A stretch of DNA of 64,000 bases from an uncultured delta proteobacterium. GTDB lineage: Bacteria > Myxococcota_A > Polyangia > Fen-1088. The position numbers and the translations under genes were made by a program. This document shows positions 21,636 to 32,968 of this stretch, piece by piece. The stretch's first letter is position 1. Each line of letters opens with the position of its first letter. Location of the stretch: contig CAVYGB010000008.1 of assembly GCA_963767925.1 (NCBI GenBank), forward strand, positions 1,888,001 through 1,952,000, read 5' to 3'. The notes below the pieces were generated by a model, which was given only the letters and a program-made list of their open reading frames with translations, was not told the origin of the DNA and searched no databases.

Positions 21636-22247
21636 CCGGAGTTTACCGTCCGGCGGCCTCGATGGATCGCGTCGAAGCTCCCCGGCCGGCAATTCGAGCC
21701 GACTCCCGAAATTTCAGCGCTGCGGCCGGAGGTTTCCCGTCCCCCGGCAAGAAGCTACGGCGGGCGCCACCGGCTCAGGACCGCCGGCCGCCGGTCCGGA
21801 CGAAGAAGCGCCAGGTCGCGCGCCGTCCCAGCGATCGCGCGGGCCAGCCGGCGATCGCCACCGGCACGGCGGGGCCATCGCGCGCGTCCATCTGTCGATC
21901 GACCTCGCTCTCGGGCAGGGCTTCCGGCGTTTCGAGGTCTTCCGTGGGCCGGTCGGAGACGTCGTTCATGTACCGCGACGTTGCACCTTCGGTGCCAGGG
22001 ACAAGGCCGCCCGCCCCGCGCTTGCGCGGCGCTGGCGCACCGGCGCGCTCTGCAAAACGCAACCGCCGGCGTGCATCCCGCCTGCGTGATCCCGCCGGCC
22101 GCCAGCCGTGTACGAGCGTCGCCCACAGGCCAGGCGGGCCGGCGCGGTCCCCCGCACGACGCTCTCGCTGCGCCGGCGCTCCGGGCGCCGCGGCCGGTCC
22201 CGGGAATTGCAGTCATACTGAAAGAGAGAGGAGCGGCAGACAGCGTG

Positions 22248-22766
22248 ATGGACATTGCAGGGAGGGCTCTCGCGATCGCATCCCTGGCCGCCACCGCGGC
22301 CAACTTGACGGCCTGTCGTTCGGCGCCGATTCTGATCACGCCTCAGCAGGCCCAGGACCGGGTCTACAACCACCGGAGCCGGGCCGAGGCCGCCCGGATG
22401 TTCGGGAACCGGGGAGCGGCCCGGGAGCACCGGGCGGCGGCGAGACGCTACAAGAGCCTGATGGAGGAAGGAAAGACGACCCAGCCCAAGCAGGCCCTCG
22501 AGCGAGAGGCCTGGCACCGGCGTCGTGCGGAGGCCTATCAGGAGAGCGGCTACACCCGATTCGTCGGGGCCGAGCTCGAGGCCGCCGCCCAGTACGAGGA
22601 CTTCGCCGCCGCCGCGGGCGGCATCCCGCCCGATCTCGCCGAGCAACGGGTGCAGGAGTACCGGCAGCGGGCCGACGCCTACCGGCGCAAGGGGCTGCGA
22701 CCATTTGCCGAGCACTACCGGGGACAGGCGGCCAAGCTGCAGTCGCTGGCCACCATCTCGCGCTGA
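22248..22766 (+). CDS. Hypothetical lipoprotein with three internal helical repeats
   Basis: LTAC lipobox; repeats H/Y-R-x-R-A-E/D-A-x-x-x-x-G; GAGGAG upstream. Confidence 0.65.
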   Translation: MDIAGRALAIASLAATAANLTACRSAPILITPQQAQDRVYNHRSRAEAARMFGNRGAAREHRAAARRYKSLMEEGKTTQPKQALEREAWHRRRAEAYQESGYTRFVGAELEAAAQYEDFAAAAGGIPPDLAEQRVQEYRQRADAYRRKGLRPFAEHYRGQAAKLQSLATISR

Positions 22767-22771
22767 TCGCT

Positions 22772-24124
22772 TCAGCCCCGGCCGCGCACCTCTCGACGAT
22801 ACAGCGTCGAGGGATCGATCCCCAGGATCTCCGCCGCCCGGGTCTTGTTGCCGCCGGTGCGCTCGAGCACCCAGGTGATGTATTCCTGCTCGAGATCGCG
22901 CAGGGGCATCAGCTCCCGGCGGGCCCGCTCGAGGGGGTGGCGCGACACCCCCGCGAGCGATGACTCGAGATCCGGGGCCCCGATTGCCGCCGAGCTCCCG
23001 GTGACAACCGCGCTCTCGATGACGTGCTCGAGCTCGCGGACGTTGCCGGGCCAGCTATGTTCCTCGAGGGCCCGCAGGGCTTCGGGTGTCAGAGTCTGCA
23101 CGACCGACGTCGGAACGCGGGCCCGCACCCGAGCGACGAAGTGTTCGGCCAGCAGGGAGATGTCCTCGCGCCGCTCGCGCAGGGGCGGCAGGCGCAGGGT
23201 GACCACCTTGAGTCGGTAGTAGAGGTCCTCGCGGAAGCGGTTGTCCACCACGAGGTCCTCCAGGACCCGGTGGGTGGCTGCCAGGATGCGCACGTCGCAG
23301 CGGCGGACGGTGTCGCTGCCGACGGCGCGGATCTCCCCCGACTCCAGGACCCGCAGCAGCTTGGCCTGCAAGGTCATGGGCATGTCGCCGATCTCGTCGA
23401 GCAGGAGGGTGCCGCCATCCGCCTCGGCGAACAGGCCCTTGCGCAGCTGGGTCGCGCCGGTGAACGCGCCCCGCGCATGTCCGAACAGCTCGCTCTCCAG
23501 CAGGGCCTCGGGCAGGGCCGCGCAGTTCACCGCCACGAAGGCGTGCCGGGCCCGGGGGCCCTGGTGATGGATGGCCCGGGCCACCAGCTCCTTGCCCGTC
23601 CCGGTCTCCCCGATGATGAGCGCGGGGCTGGGCACGGCCGCCAGCCGTTCGATCAGGTCGTAGACCTGCTGGATCTCCCGGCTCTTGCCGACCAGGCTGG
23701 CAAAGGCGTAGCGCTCCTGCACCTCCTTGCGCAGGCGCTGGTTCTCCGAGCGGAGGGAACGTTCGGCACAGGCCCGCTCCAGCAGCAAGCGCACCACCGC
23801 CATCTGGAAGGGCTTCGTCACGTAGTGGTAAGCGCCCCGGCGGATGGCCTCCACGGCGCTCTCGATCCCGCCAAAGGCCGTCATGATCACCACCGCGGCG
23901 TCGGGCTCGATCCGCCGGATGGCGTCGAGCACGTCGAGCCCATCGACGTCTTTCATCCGCAGATCGGTCAGGACCGCGTCGGCCGACGCGGCGGAGAACC
24001 GGGCCACGCCCTCGGCGCCTCCCGACGCCGTCTCGACCTCGAAGCCGTGGGTCCCCAGGAACTCGGCGACCGTGCTCGCCATCTCGGCGTTGTCGTCGAT
24101 GACCAGCACCCGGGGTCTACGCAT
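22772..24124 (-). CDS. Sigma-54-dependent response regulator (REC-AAA+-HTH)
   Basis: VIDD/TDLRM receiver, GETGTGKE, GAFTGA, LDEIGD, WPGNVREL, Fis-type HTH. Confidence 0.95.
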   Translation of the reverse strand: MRRPRVLVIDDNAEMASTVAEFLGTHGFEVETASGGAEGVARFSAASADAVLTDLRMKDVDGLDVLDAIRRIEPDAAVVIMTAFGGIESAVEAIRRGAYHYVTKPFQMAVVRLLLERACAERSLRSENQRLRKEVQERYAFASLVGKSREIQQVYDLIERLAAVPSPALIIGETGTGKELVARAIHHQGPRARHAFVAVNCAALPEALLESELFGHARGAFTGATQLRKGLFAEADGGTLLLDEIGDMPMTLQAKLLRVLESGEIRAVGSDTVRRCDVRILAATHRVLEDLVVDNRFREDLYYRLKVVTLRLPPLRERREDISLLAEHFVARVRARVPTSVVQTLTPEALRALEEHSWPGNVRELEHVIESAVVTGSSAAIGAPDLESSLAGVSRHPLERARRELMPLRDLEQEYITWVLERTGGNKTRAAEILGIDPSTLYRREVRGRG

Positions 24125-26237
24125 GGGCGCTGACCTCCTCCAGGGCGACCGGCCAGGTGACGGCCACCGTGCTGCCGTTGCCCTTCTGACTCCGCAAGGC
24201 GATCTCCCCCTGATGGTTGCGAACGATGCTGGCCGCGACCGGCAAACCGAGGCCGGTCCCTTCGCCGCGCTTCTTCGTCGTGTAATAAGGGTCGAAGACC
24301 GCGTTGAGATCCTCGGCCGCGATCCCGCAGCCATCGTCCTGGATCTCGATCTCGACCTGCGCGGATCCGCGGCCCGCCCGGACCCGGACGGTGATCGACC
24401 CGCCGCTGTCGCAGGCATCGCAGGCGTTGAGCAGCAGGTTGACCAGCACCTGCTGGAGCTGGTCGGGATCGGCCGAGATGCGCGGCACCTTCGGCTCCAT
24501 GTCCACCCGGACGAACAGGGCCTTCTGGCGCAGGCGCCAGTCCAGCATGGACAGCGCCGAGTCGACCGCCCGGTTGACGTCGACCGGCTGGCGCTCGACC
24601 GGCTGGGTCCGGGCGAAATCGAGGACCCGGCGGATGGTGGAGCTGATCTGGTCGATTTGCCGGATGACCGACTCGATGTCCCGGGCCACCGCCGGATCTT
24701 TCACCTTGCCGAGCAGGATCTCGGCCCGCCCCCGGATGATCCCGAGCGGCGTGCCGATCTCGTGGGCCAGACCCGCCGTCAGCACCCCCACCGTGATCAG
24801 CTTCTCCGCGCGCACGAGCTGCTTTTCCAGGCTCTTGAGCTCCGAGAGGTCCTCGATCAGCAGCAGCGCGCTCACATCCTGGGCGGGGCGGTTGAGCGGG
24901 ATCACCCGGATGTCGAAGTGGCCGGGTCGCCAGGCGAACAGGCCCAGCTCGTCGGCGGCAATGGTGCGCGTGCGCTGGGCCCGCAGGGCCTCGTCGAGGG
25001 TGCGCTCGAGCTGGTTGGCCGCCACGGCGTCGCCCCCGCTGAGCGCCTCCCCCACGGCCGCGCCAATCGGCACCTTGGCCACCCGCTCGGTGAGAAAGCG
25101 ATTTGTCAGCGCCACCCGTCCGTCGGCGGTGATCCCGATCAGCCCGGCCGAGACGTTCTCCACGAGCTTCTCGGTGCGCTCGCGGAGGTCGGCCACCTCC
25201 TCGGCATGCCGGAGCCGTTCGCCCATGACGACCGAACGCCGCTGGTGGCCCACGATGACCCCTCCCACGGCAGTCAACACCCCCGCCAGGGCCAGCGAGG
25301 TGAGGACCAGCCACACCAGCAGAGAGCGCTCCCGAGCCTGGATCGACTCGGCGGACGCGATGGCCGCCAGCGTCCAGCGTCCTCCTCGACGCTGGCTGCT
25401 CTGCCAGGCGATCGCCGCCGGACGACCGGGCAGGCCCACGGCGGCGGGCACCAGGTCGCTGTTCCAGGTCTGGCCACTCGGCCCCTGCAAGATCCCCATC
25501 AGCGCCGCCAGCCCGGGGATCGCGAGCCATTCGTTCCGGCTGAAGGCCCGGCAGGTCGCCGGTTGACGGCATCCAACCCAGAGGGAGGCGCCCGGGTCCA
25601 CGAGCAGGTAGTGGACCGAGGAGGAGCGGGACCGCAGCACCGGCTGCATCAGATAGCGCGCCTCCGACACGAGGACCACCGCCTCCGAAGTGCCGGCGGG
25701 GAGGGCATACACGAAGAACTGGCGGCCGTCCGGGCCCTCCCTCGGGCCACCGAACACCGGCTCTCCCGAGGTGATGGCCTCGCGCGCGGCGGGGACACTC
25801 CAGCCCAGGAACGCCTCCCCGACCGCCCCCGATTCGCCCGGATCGATCGCCCGCACGGCCACCGCCTGCTCGCGAAAAAGGTAGATCGCCCGGTAGTGGC
25901 GCACGACGGTCGCGAGGGCCTGGAACCCCGCCACCAGGAAGCTGTCCTCCTCGGCGGCGTCCAGGCTCGGCCGGGTGCGCGCCCGGCTCAGCAAGGTGGC
26001 CACCAGGCGGCCGTCGTCGTCGAGGCTGGCGAGCTCCCGCTCGAGATCCGCCACCAGCTGGCGCGCGGTCTCCTCCTGCGCGCGCCCGAAGTCGGTCATG
26101 AGCCGATTCCGCTCGTAGCGGAGGCCGGCCACGGCGAGGGCAAGCACCGCAGCCACCATGAGCCCTCCGAGGGGGACGATGTTCCTCGGACCCATCCGTG
26201 CCACAGGAGCAAAAGTGGTGCCCGCCGCGTTCTTCAT
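24117..26237 (-). CDS. Membrane sensor histidine kinase with PAS domain (start uncertain, alternative 26195)
   Basis: Two TM segments; AHEIGTPL H-box, NLLLNACDA, DDGCGI, GTGLGL. Confidence 0.93.
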   Translation of the reverse strand: MKNAAGTTFAPVARMGPRNIVPLGGLMVAAVLALAVAGLRYERNRLMTDFGRAQEETARQLVADLERELASLDDDGRLVATLLSRARTRPSLDAAEEDSFLVAGFQALATVVRHYRAIYLFREQAVAVRAIDPGESGAVGEAFLGWSVPAAREAITSGEPVFGGPREGPDGRQFFVYALPAGTSEAVVLVSEARYLMQPVLRSRSSSVHYLLVDPGASLWVGCRQPATCRAFSRNEWLAIPGLAALMGILQGPSGQTWNSDLVPAAVGLPGRPAAIAWQSSQRRGGRWTLAAIASAESIQARERSLLVWLVLTSLALAGVLTAVGGVIVGHQRRSVVMGERLRHAEEVADLRERTEKLVENVSAGLIGITADGRVALTNRFLTERVAKVPIGAAVGEALSGGDAVAANQLERTLDEALRAQRTRTIAADELGLFAWRPGHFDIRVIPLNRPAQDVSALLLIEDLSELKSLEKQLVRAEKLITVGVLTAGLAHEIGTPLGIIRGRAEILLGKVKDPAVARDIESVIRQIDQISSTIRRVLDFARTQPVERQPVDVNRAVDSALSMLDWRLRQKALFVRVDMEPKVPRISADPDQLQQVLVNLLLNACDACDSGGSITVRVRAGRGSAQVEIEIQDDGCGIAAEDLNAVFDPYYTTKKRGEGTGLGLPVAASIVRNHQGEIALRSQKGNGSTVAVTWPVALEEVSAHA

Positions 26238-26274
26238 GACCAGGGATCTGCGCGCACCTCCGGTGGTGCCGCTG

Positions 26275-26291
26275 GGCGGGCAAAGTGCCAA
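26275..26291 (-). promoter_or_regulatory. Putative sigma-54 promoter for the HK/RR operon
   Basis: Minus strand TTGGCACTTTGCCCGC = GG-N10-GC, good -24 and weak -12. Confidence 0.45.
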
Positions 26292-26420
26292 GGCGGTCAT
26301 GCCAGATGCAAGGTTACGAGGACGCGCGCTGCAGCCCGGCAGCGGCAGCGCGAGTAGAGCCACCCGGAGTGCACACAACGGCGGCTGACCTCGAAACGCG
26401 CCCGCCCGGAACGTTCCGGC

Positions 26421-26453
26421 GTGGCGGAGTGCCACGCCGAGGCGAATTGCCTC
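26421..26453. promoter_or_regulatory. Tandem palindromic enhancer sites (putative EBP binding)
   Basis: GTGGCGGAGTGCCAC and GAGGCGAATTGCCTC, 18 bp apart; same motif at 29755. Confidence 0.6.
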
Positions 26454-26527
26454 GCACGTCCCGCGAGGCGCCCCAACTTCGAATTGGGCGTTGACGTACC
26501 CGGAACCGAACTTCAGCCTACAGGATC

Positions 26528-27925
26528 ATGAAGCGTCGCGTGCTCATCGTGGAGGACGACCGCGCCATGTGCGAGCTGCTCGAGACGCAGCTCCGCCGGC
26601 GCGGGTTCGAGGCGCTCTCGCGTCATTCTGCCGATCAGGCGCTGGCCCTGCTCCGGACCGAGGACTTCCAGGTGGTGGTCGCCGACCACAACATGCCGGG
26701 CGCCAGCGGCATCTCCCTGTGCGACGAGCTCAGCTCCAACCGCCCCGATCTCCCCGTCGTTGTCATCACCGCCTTCGGGAGCATGGAGACCGCGATCGCG
26801 GCCATCCGCGCGGGAGCCTACGACTTTCTGCCCAAGCCGTTCGAGACCGAGCAGCTCGTGCTGGCGCTCGAGCGGGCCATCGCCCATCGGGCCCTCGAGG
26901 AGGAGGTCAAGCGCCTGCGCCGGGCCGTGTCGGAGTCGGCCCGCTTCGACGAGATCCTCGGGGAAAGCGCGAGCATTCGCGGCACGTGCGACCTGATCGC
27001 CCGCGCCGCCGGCTCCGACGCCACCGTCCTCATCACGGGGGAGAGCGGCACCGGCAAGGACCTGGTGGCCAAGGCGCTGCACGGTCGGTCCGACCGGGCG
27101 GGGGGGCCGTTCGTGGCCCTGAACTGCGCTGCGGTGACCGAATCGCTCCTCGAGAGCGAGCTGTTCGGGCACAAGCGAGGCGCGTTCACCGACGCGCGGG
27201 AGAACCGCTCGGGGCTGCTGGTGCAGGCCCGGGGCGGAACCGTTTTCCTCGACGAGATCGGGGACATGCCCCTCCCCATGCAGGCGAAGTTCCTGCGGAC
27301 GATCGAGTCGCGCACGGTGCGGCCGGTCGGCAGCGACAGCGAGGCCCCCATCGACGTCCGCTTCATCGCCGCCACCAACCGCGACCTGGAGAGCGACGCC
27401 GACGAGGGCCGCTTCCGCCGGGATCTCTTCTTCCGCATCAACGTCATCCAGATCCCGGTGCCGGCCCTGCGGGCCCGGGGCAACGACATCTTGCTCCTGG
27501 CCCAGCACTTCGTGGAACGGGCCGCCGCCCGCGGCAGCAAGGCCGTGCTGGGCTTCTCCTCGGGGGCGGCGGAGCGGCTGCTGGCTTACCCCTGGCCGGG
27601 CAACGTGCGGGAGCTGCAGAACGCCATCGAGCGGGCGGTGGCCCTCTGCACCTTCGAGCGGATAACCCCCGAGGACCTGCCCGAGCGGATCCGCTCGCAC
27701 CGCCGCTCGCAGCTCGTGCTCGGCGGAGAGGACCCCAGCGCCCTCCTTCCCATGCACGAGGTCGAGCGCCGCTACATCCTGCACGTCCTCGACACGGTGG
27801 GGGGCAACAAGACCCTGGCTGCCCGGGTTCTCGGCTTCGATCGCCGCACCATGTACCGCAAGCTCGAGCGGTTCGACGACCGGGCCTCGGAGCGCAGCTC
27901 CTCCGATGGCACGGGCGGCGCCTGA
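26528..27925 (+). CDS. Sigma-54-dependent response regulator
   Basis: VEDD/DHNMP receiver, GESGTGKD, GAFTDA, LDEIGD, WPGNVREL, HTH. Confidence 0.95.
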   Translation: MKRRVLIVEDDRAMCELLETQLRRRGFEALSRHSADQALALLRTEDFQVVVADHNMPGASGISLCDELSSNRPDLPVVVITAFGSMETAIAAIRAGAYDFLPKPFETEQLVLALERAIAHRALEEEVKRLRRAVSESARFDEILGESASIRGTCDLIARAAGSDATVLITGESGTGKDLVAKALHGRSDRAGGPFVALNCAAVTESLLESELFGHKRGAFTDARENRSGLLVQARGGTVFLDEIGDMPLPMQAKFLRTIESRTVRPVGSDSEAPIDVRFIAATNRDLESDADEGRFRRDLFFRINVIQIPVPALRARGNDILLLAQHFVERAAARGSKAVLGFSSGAAERLLAYPWPGNVRELQNAIERAVALCTFERITPEDLPERIRSHRRSQLVLGGEDPSALLPMHEVERRYILHVLDTVGGNKTLAARVLGFDRRTMYRKLERFDDRASERSSSDGTGGA

Positions 27926-27958
27926 ACGGATCGATGTTTGCACCTGTTTCGCGATCGG

Positions 27959-28104
27959 CGCGATCCCGGAACCCGTTCGCAAGCTCATCGCGGAGCACAT
28001 CGACCCGTCGAGCAGCTCGAGGTGCTCATCCTCCTACGCGCCAAAGCAGGAGCGCACCTTCACAGCCGACGAGATCAACGACCACGTCCGGAGCAGCACC
28101 TCCT

Positions 28105-28107
<3 letters not shown>
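27959..28107 (+). pseudogene. 5' fragment of a hypothetical gene (IPEPVRKLIAEHID...EQLEVLILLR...TADEINDHVRSS)
   Basis: Joined frames give a coherent winged-helix-like N-terminus that runs straight into antisense otsB sequence. Confidence 0.5.
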
Positions 28108-29604
<1,497 letters not shown>

Positions 29605-29647
29605 GGTTGGGACCTCCGGAGGCGCCGCGCTCTCCGGGCTCCCCGGA

Positions 29648-29664
29648 GGCAAGCCCCGTGCCTC
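29648..29664 (-). promoter_or_regulatory. Sigma-54 promoter of otsAB
   Basis: Minus strand AGGCACGGGGCTTGC, near-consensus GG-N10-GC. Confidence 0.75.
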
Positions 29665-29754
29665 GACGAATCCCCGACCTCCCGCGCAGCACCGACCGTC
29701 GCCACCGTCGCGGTCGGGCAGGACGCCCGGGCTAGCCGGGCGTTTTCCCGGAGC

Positions 29755-29787
29755 GTGGCAGTCTGCCTCGGCGAGGCCAAAGCGCAC
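29755..29787. promoter_or_regulatory. Tandem enhancer sites between divergent sigma-54 promoters
   Basis: GTGGCAGTCTGCCTC and degenerate GAGGCCAAAGCGCAC, 18 bp apart. Confidence 0.55.
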
Positions 29788-29851
29788 GCCTCACCGACGC
29801 GTCGCCCGCGCCGGCCGGGGCCTTTCCTGGCGCCTCGCCGCGCTCACGGGC

Positions 29852-29867
29852 CGGCACATCGGCTGCA
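29852..29867 (+). promoter_or_regulatory. Sigma-54 promoter of the response regulator
   Basis: CGGCACATCGGCTGCA = GG-N10-GC. Confidence 0.7.
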
Positions 29868-29906
29868 GGCGTCTCCCCGGGAGGCCCGACAGCAATGCGA
29901 GGCGAG

Positions 29907-30356
29907 ATGGCGAACCAGACCGATCCGGAGAGACGTGAGACCGCGACCGTTCGCGTGTTCCTGGCCGAGGACGACGCCGAGATGCGTCGCCTCATCGCCA
30001 GCGCGCTTCGCCGCGACGGCCACTTCGTCCTAGAGGCCCACGACGGGGCGGGCCTGCTGCTCGAGCTGGGCCACGCCTACTGGGGCGATCTCCCCGACGT
30101 CACACCAACCGTCGTCATCTCGGATCTGCGCATGCCCGGGCGGGACGGGCTGGCCATCCTGCGCGGCCTGCGGCGGTTCGCCTGGTGTCCCCCGTTCATC
30201 CTGATCACCGGCTTCGGCGACGACTCCATCCACCAGGAGGCGGCCCGGCTCGGGGCCGGAGCGGTGTTCGACAAGCCCTTCGACATCGACAAGCTCCGCG
30301 CCGCCGTGGCCCGCCTGGGCCTCGCCGCCGCCGCCTCGCAGATGGACCGGGAATAA
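29907..30356 (+). CDS. Single-domain response regulator
   Basis: LAEDD, SDLRMPGRDG, ITGFG, FDKPF. Confidence 0.9.
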   Translation: MANQTDPERRETATVRVFLAEDDAEMRRLIASALRRDGHFVLEAHDGAGLLLELGHAYWGDLPDVTPTVVISDLRMPGRDGLAILRGLRRFAWCPPFILITGFGDDSIHQEAARLGAGAVFDKPFDIDKLRAAVARLGLAAAASQMDRE

Positions 30357-30431
30357 TCCAGCGACGGGTCGTCCACCTGCTGGGAGCCGGCGCCTGCTCG
30401 CTCCGCAGCCAATCTCCTGCAAGGAGTCGTC

Positions 30432-31958
30432 ATGGCGGAGCCGACCCTGGTCCACCCCCGCTGGCACGGGCTCGGCGCGCGTGGCGCCACCCTGGCCCGG
30501 GAATCCGTGCTGTTCGAAGGTCCCTACGGGCGCCTGTTCCGGTCTCTGCCGCCGGCCGACTTCGGCGAGAGCGAGACGCAGAACCTGGAGGCGCTCGGCC
30601 GGCTGGCCAATCGAATGACCGCGGGGGCCGAGCTGCCCAAGGATGGGCCCCACCCGGAAGAGGGCGGGATCCCCGCGGCCTTCACCTACTTTGGCCAGTT
30701 CGTCGACCACGATCTCACCTTCGACCCGGCCAGCAGCCTGCAGCGCCACAACGACGTCGAGGCCCTCCGGAACTTTCGCTCGCCTCGCTTCGACCTCGAT
30801 AGCGTCTACGGTCGGGGACCCGCCGATCAGCCTTACCTCTACCAGGACGGACGCAGCTTCCTCCTGGGAGCGCCGCTGCACGGGGCGAAGCTCAACCCCG
30901 GGGCGTGCGACCTGCCCCGCAGCCGGGCGGCGGCGCCGCGCGCGATCATCGGCGATCCCCGGAACGACGAGAACGTCATCGTCTCGCAGCTCCACGGTCT
31001 GCTTCTTCGCTTTCACAACCGCCTGGCCCGCGAGCGGCCCTGGCCGTTCGATCGCCTGCAGCGGGAGGTGCGCCACCACTATCAGTGGGTGGTCCTGCAC
31101 GACCTGCTTCCCCGCATCGTGTCGGCCGCCGTGCTCGACGAGCTCCTGCCCAACCGCCGGGAGGCAGCCCGCACCGATCGGAGGGACCTGCTCCAGGCCC
31201 GGCACCCCCTGCTGCGCTGGCGGAACGATCCATTCATTCCCCTCGAGTTCTCGGCGGCGGCCTATCGCTTCGGCCATTCGATGGTGCGCGCCGGCTACCG
31301 CCTGAACGAGACCGTGCCGCCGCTGCCGATCTTCTCGAGCGATCCCGAGTTTTCTCTCGCCGGGTTGCGCCCCCTCCCCGCCGACTGGGCCATCGACTGG
31401 AACCTCTTCCTCGACCTCGTGCCCCGCAGCCCCCTCGACGCCACCCGGATGCAGCTCGCCTTCCAGATCGACACCTCGCTCATCAACGGGCTCGGGCACC
31501 TGCCTGCCGCCCTGGGCCCTCCCTCGCTGGCCCGACGCAACCTCACGCGGGGCTGGCGGATGCGCCTGCCCTCCGGTCAAGCGGTGGCCCGCGCCCTGGG
31601 GCTCGCCCCGCTCGCCGACGGCAACCTCCGGATCGGACGCCCCGGCCGCGACGGGGAGGGCGTCCCACCCATCGCCGAGATCCATCCGGCCTTCGCCGAC
31701 AACTGCCCCCTGTGGGCCTACGTGCTCGCCGAGGCGGCCAGCGAGCAGGCGCTGGTCCGGACCACCGCCGGCGAGGATCCGAGGCCCACCCGGCGCCTCG
31801 GCCCGGTCGGAGGCCGCATCGTCGCCGAGACCTTCATCGGGCTGCTGATGGGGGACAGCCACGCGTTCCTCACGCTCGACCCGCGCTGGAAGCCGGCCAC
31901 CCTTGCCAGCAAAGACCAGTTCGGCCTCCGCGAGCTGATCGCGTTCGCGCTCGATTGA
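30432..31958 (+). CDS. Heme peroxidase (peroxidase-cyclooxygenase superfamily)
   Basis: YFGQFVDHD (distal), DPRNDEN, AAYRFGHSMVR (proximal His), PLWAYVLAEA, LGPVGGRIVAE. Confidence 0.9.
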   Translation: MAEPTLVHPRWHGLGARGATLARESVLFEGPYGRLFRSLPPADFGESETQNLEALGRLANRMTAGAELPKDGPHPEEGGIPAAFTYFGQFVDHDLTFDPASSLQRHNDVEALRNFRSPRFDLDSVYGRGPADQPYLYQDGRSFLLGAPLHGAKLNPGACDLPRSRAAAPRAIIGDPRNDENVIVSQLHGLLLRFHNRLARERPWPFDRLQREVRHHYQWVVLHDLLPRIVSAAVLDELLPNRREAARTDRRDLLQARHPLLRWRNDPFIPLEFSAAAYRFGHSMVRAGYRLNETVPPLPIFSSDPEFSLAGLRPLPADWAIDWNLFLDLVPRSPLDATRMQLAFQIDTSLINGLGHLPAALGPPSLARRNLTRGWRMRLPSGQAVARALGLAPLADGNLRIGRPGRDGEGVPPIAEIHPAFADNCPLWAYVLAEAASEQALVRTTAGEDPRPTRRLGPVGGRIVAETFIGLLMGDSHAFLTLDPRWKPATLASKDQFGLRELIAFALD

Positions 31959-32035
31959 CGAGCGTCGCGACGGCTGTTTATAGCGCAACGGGTCGCAAAC
32001 TAGGCACCGCGGGGGGTTTTGTGTAGTTTCCCGTC

Positions 32036-32968
32036 ATGGGGCGTCTGGAACGACGTCGGGACGGAACGCGCGTGCTCCTCGCGGCGGAGCACGTGGTGGG
32101 CCGCCTCGTGCGCAGCCACCTGGCCCTGCAAGCGTCTTTCATCTCCACGGCCCACGCGCTGCTGCGCTGGACCGGTGAATTCTGGGAGCTCCGGGATCTG
32201 GGGAGCAAGAACGGAACCTACGTCGACGACCAGCGGGTGGCGGTCGGCACGTCGGTGCGGCTCGGGCCAGGGGTGGAGATCGTCTTCGGCGAGGCCAGCG
32301 AGACCTGGCAGATGGTCGATGACCGGGGTCCGGCGCCGGCGGCGGTTCCCCTCGACGGCGGCGACGCCAGCCTGATGAAGTCGGGCACCATCCTCGTCCC
32401 CACGGGCGCCGACCCGCTGGCCAGCATCCACGCCGAGGGCGAAGGCTGGGTGCTCGAGATGGACGAGCGGACGAGGCCGCTCGAGCCCGGGCAGGAGTTC
32501 GAGGTCGCCGGACGGCAGTGGCGCTTCGACTGCGCCACCGGAGCGGCCCAGACCCGGGCCAGCGAGATCCCCTGGAAGCGGCTCTCGGAGGTCGAGCTCG
32601 TGTTCGGGGTCTCCCGCAACGAGGAGCACGTCGCCCTGAAGGTGCGCACCGGCCTGATCGAGCAGGACCTGGGCGAGCGCGGCGCCTTTTATCTGGCGCT
32701 GGTCCTGGTCGAGCACCGCCTGAAGGAGCGGGACGAGGGCCTCAACGAGCCCGGCTGGCTGGAGGTCCACGAGCTGCTGGAGATGGTGCCGGAGTACACC
32801 AGCTCCTCCCATGTCAACGTCGCGGTCTGCCGCCTGCGCCAGCTCCTGCACGCCGCCGGGGTCCAGGACGCGCCCCGGGTCATCGAGCGCCGGCGGGGGC
32901 AGCTCCGCTTCGGGACCGACCGGGTGCAGATCCTGCGAGAGTCGGTCGGGGCGGAGCCTCTCCCGTGA
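32036..32968 (+). CDS. FHA domain protein with C-terminal winged-helix-like domain
   Basis: GR...S-x-x-H...DLGSKNGT FHA; VNVAVCRLRQ...IERRRGQLRFG OmpR-like wHTH. Confidence 0.85.
   Translation: MGRLERRRDGTRVLLAAEHVVGRLVRSHLALQASFISTAHALLRWTGEFWELRDLGSKNGTYVDDQRVAVGTSVRLGPGVEIVFGEASETWQMVDDRGPAPAAVPLDGGDASLMKSGTILVPTGADPLASIHAEGEGWVLEMDERTRPLEPGQEFEVAGRQWRFDCATGAAQTRASEIPWKRLSEVELVFGVSRNEEHVALKVRTGLIEQDLGERGAFYLALVLVEHRLKERDEGLNEPGWLEVHELLEMVPEYTSSSHVNVAVCRLRQLLHAAGVQDAPRVIERRRGQLRFGTDRVQILRESVGAEPLP

Noticed and set aside
22194..22211. Sigma-54 promoter upstream of the repeat lipoprotein (CCGGTCCCGGGAATTGCA)
   Set aside because: GG-to-GC spacing is 11 rather than the required 10; it would fit only if a homopolymer base is an error.
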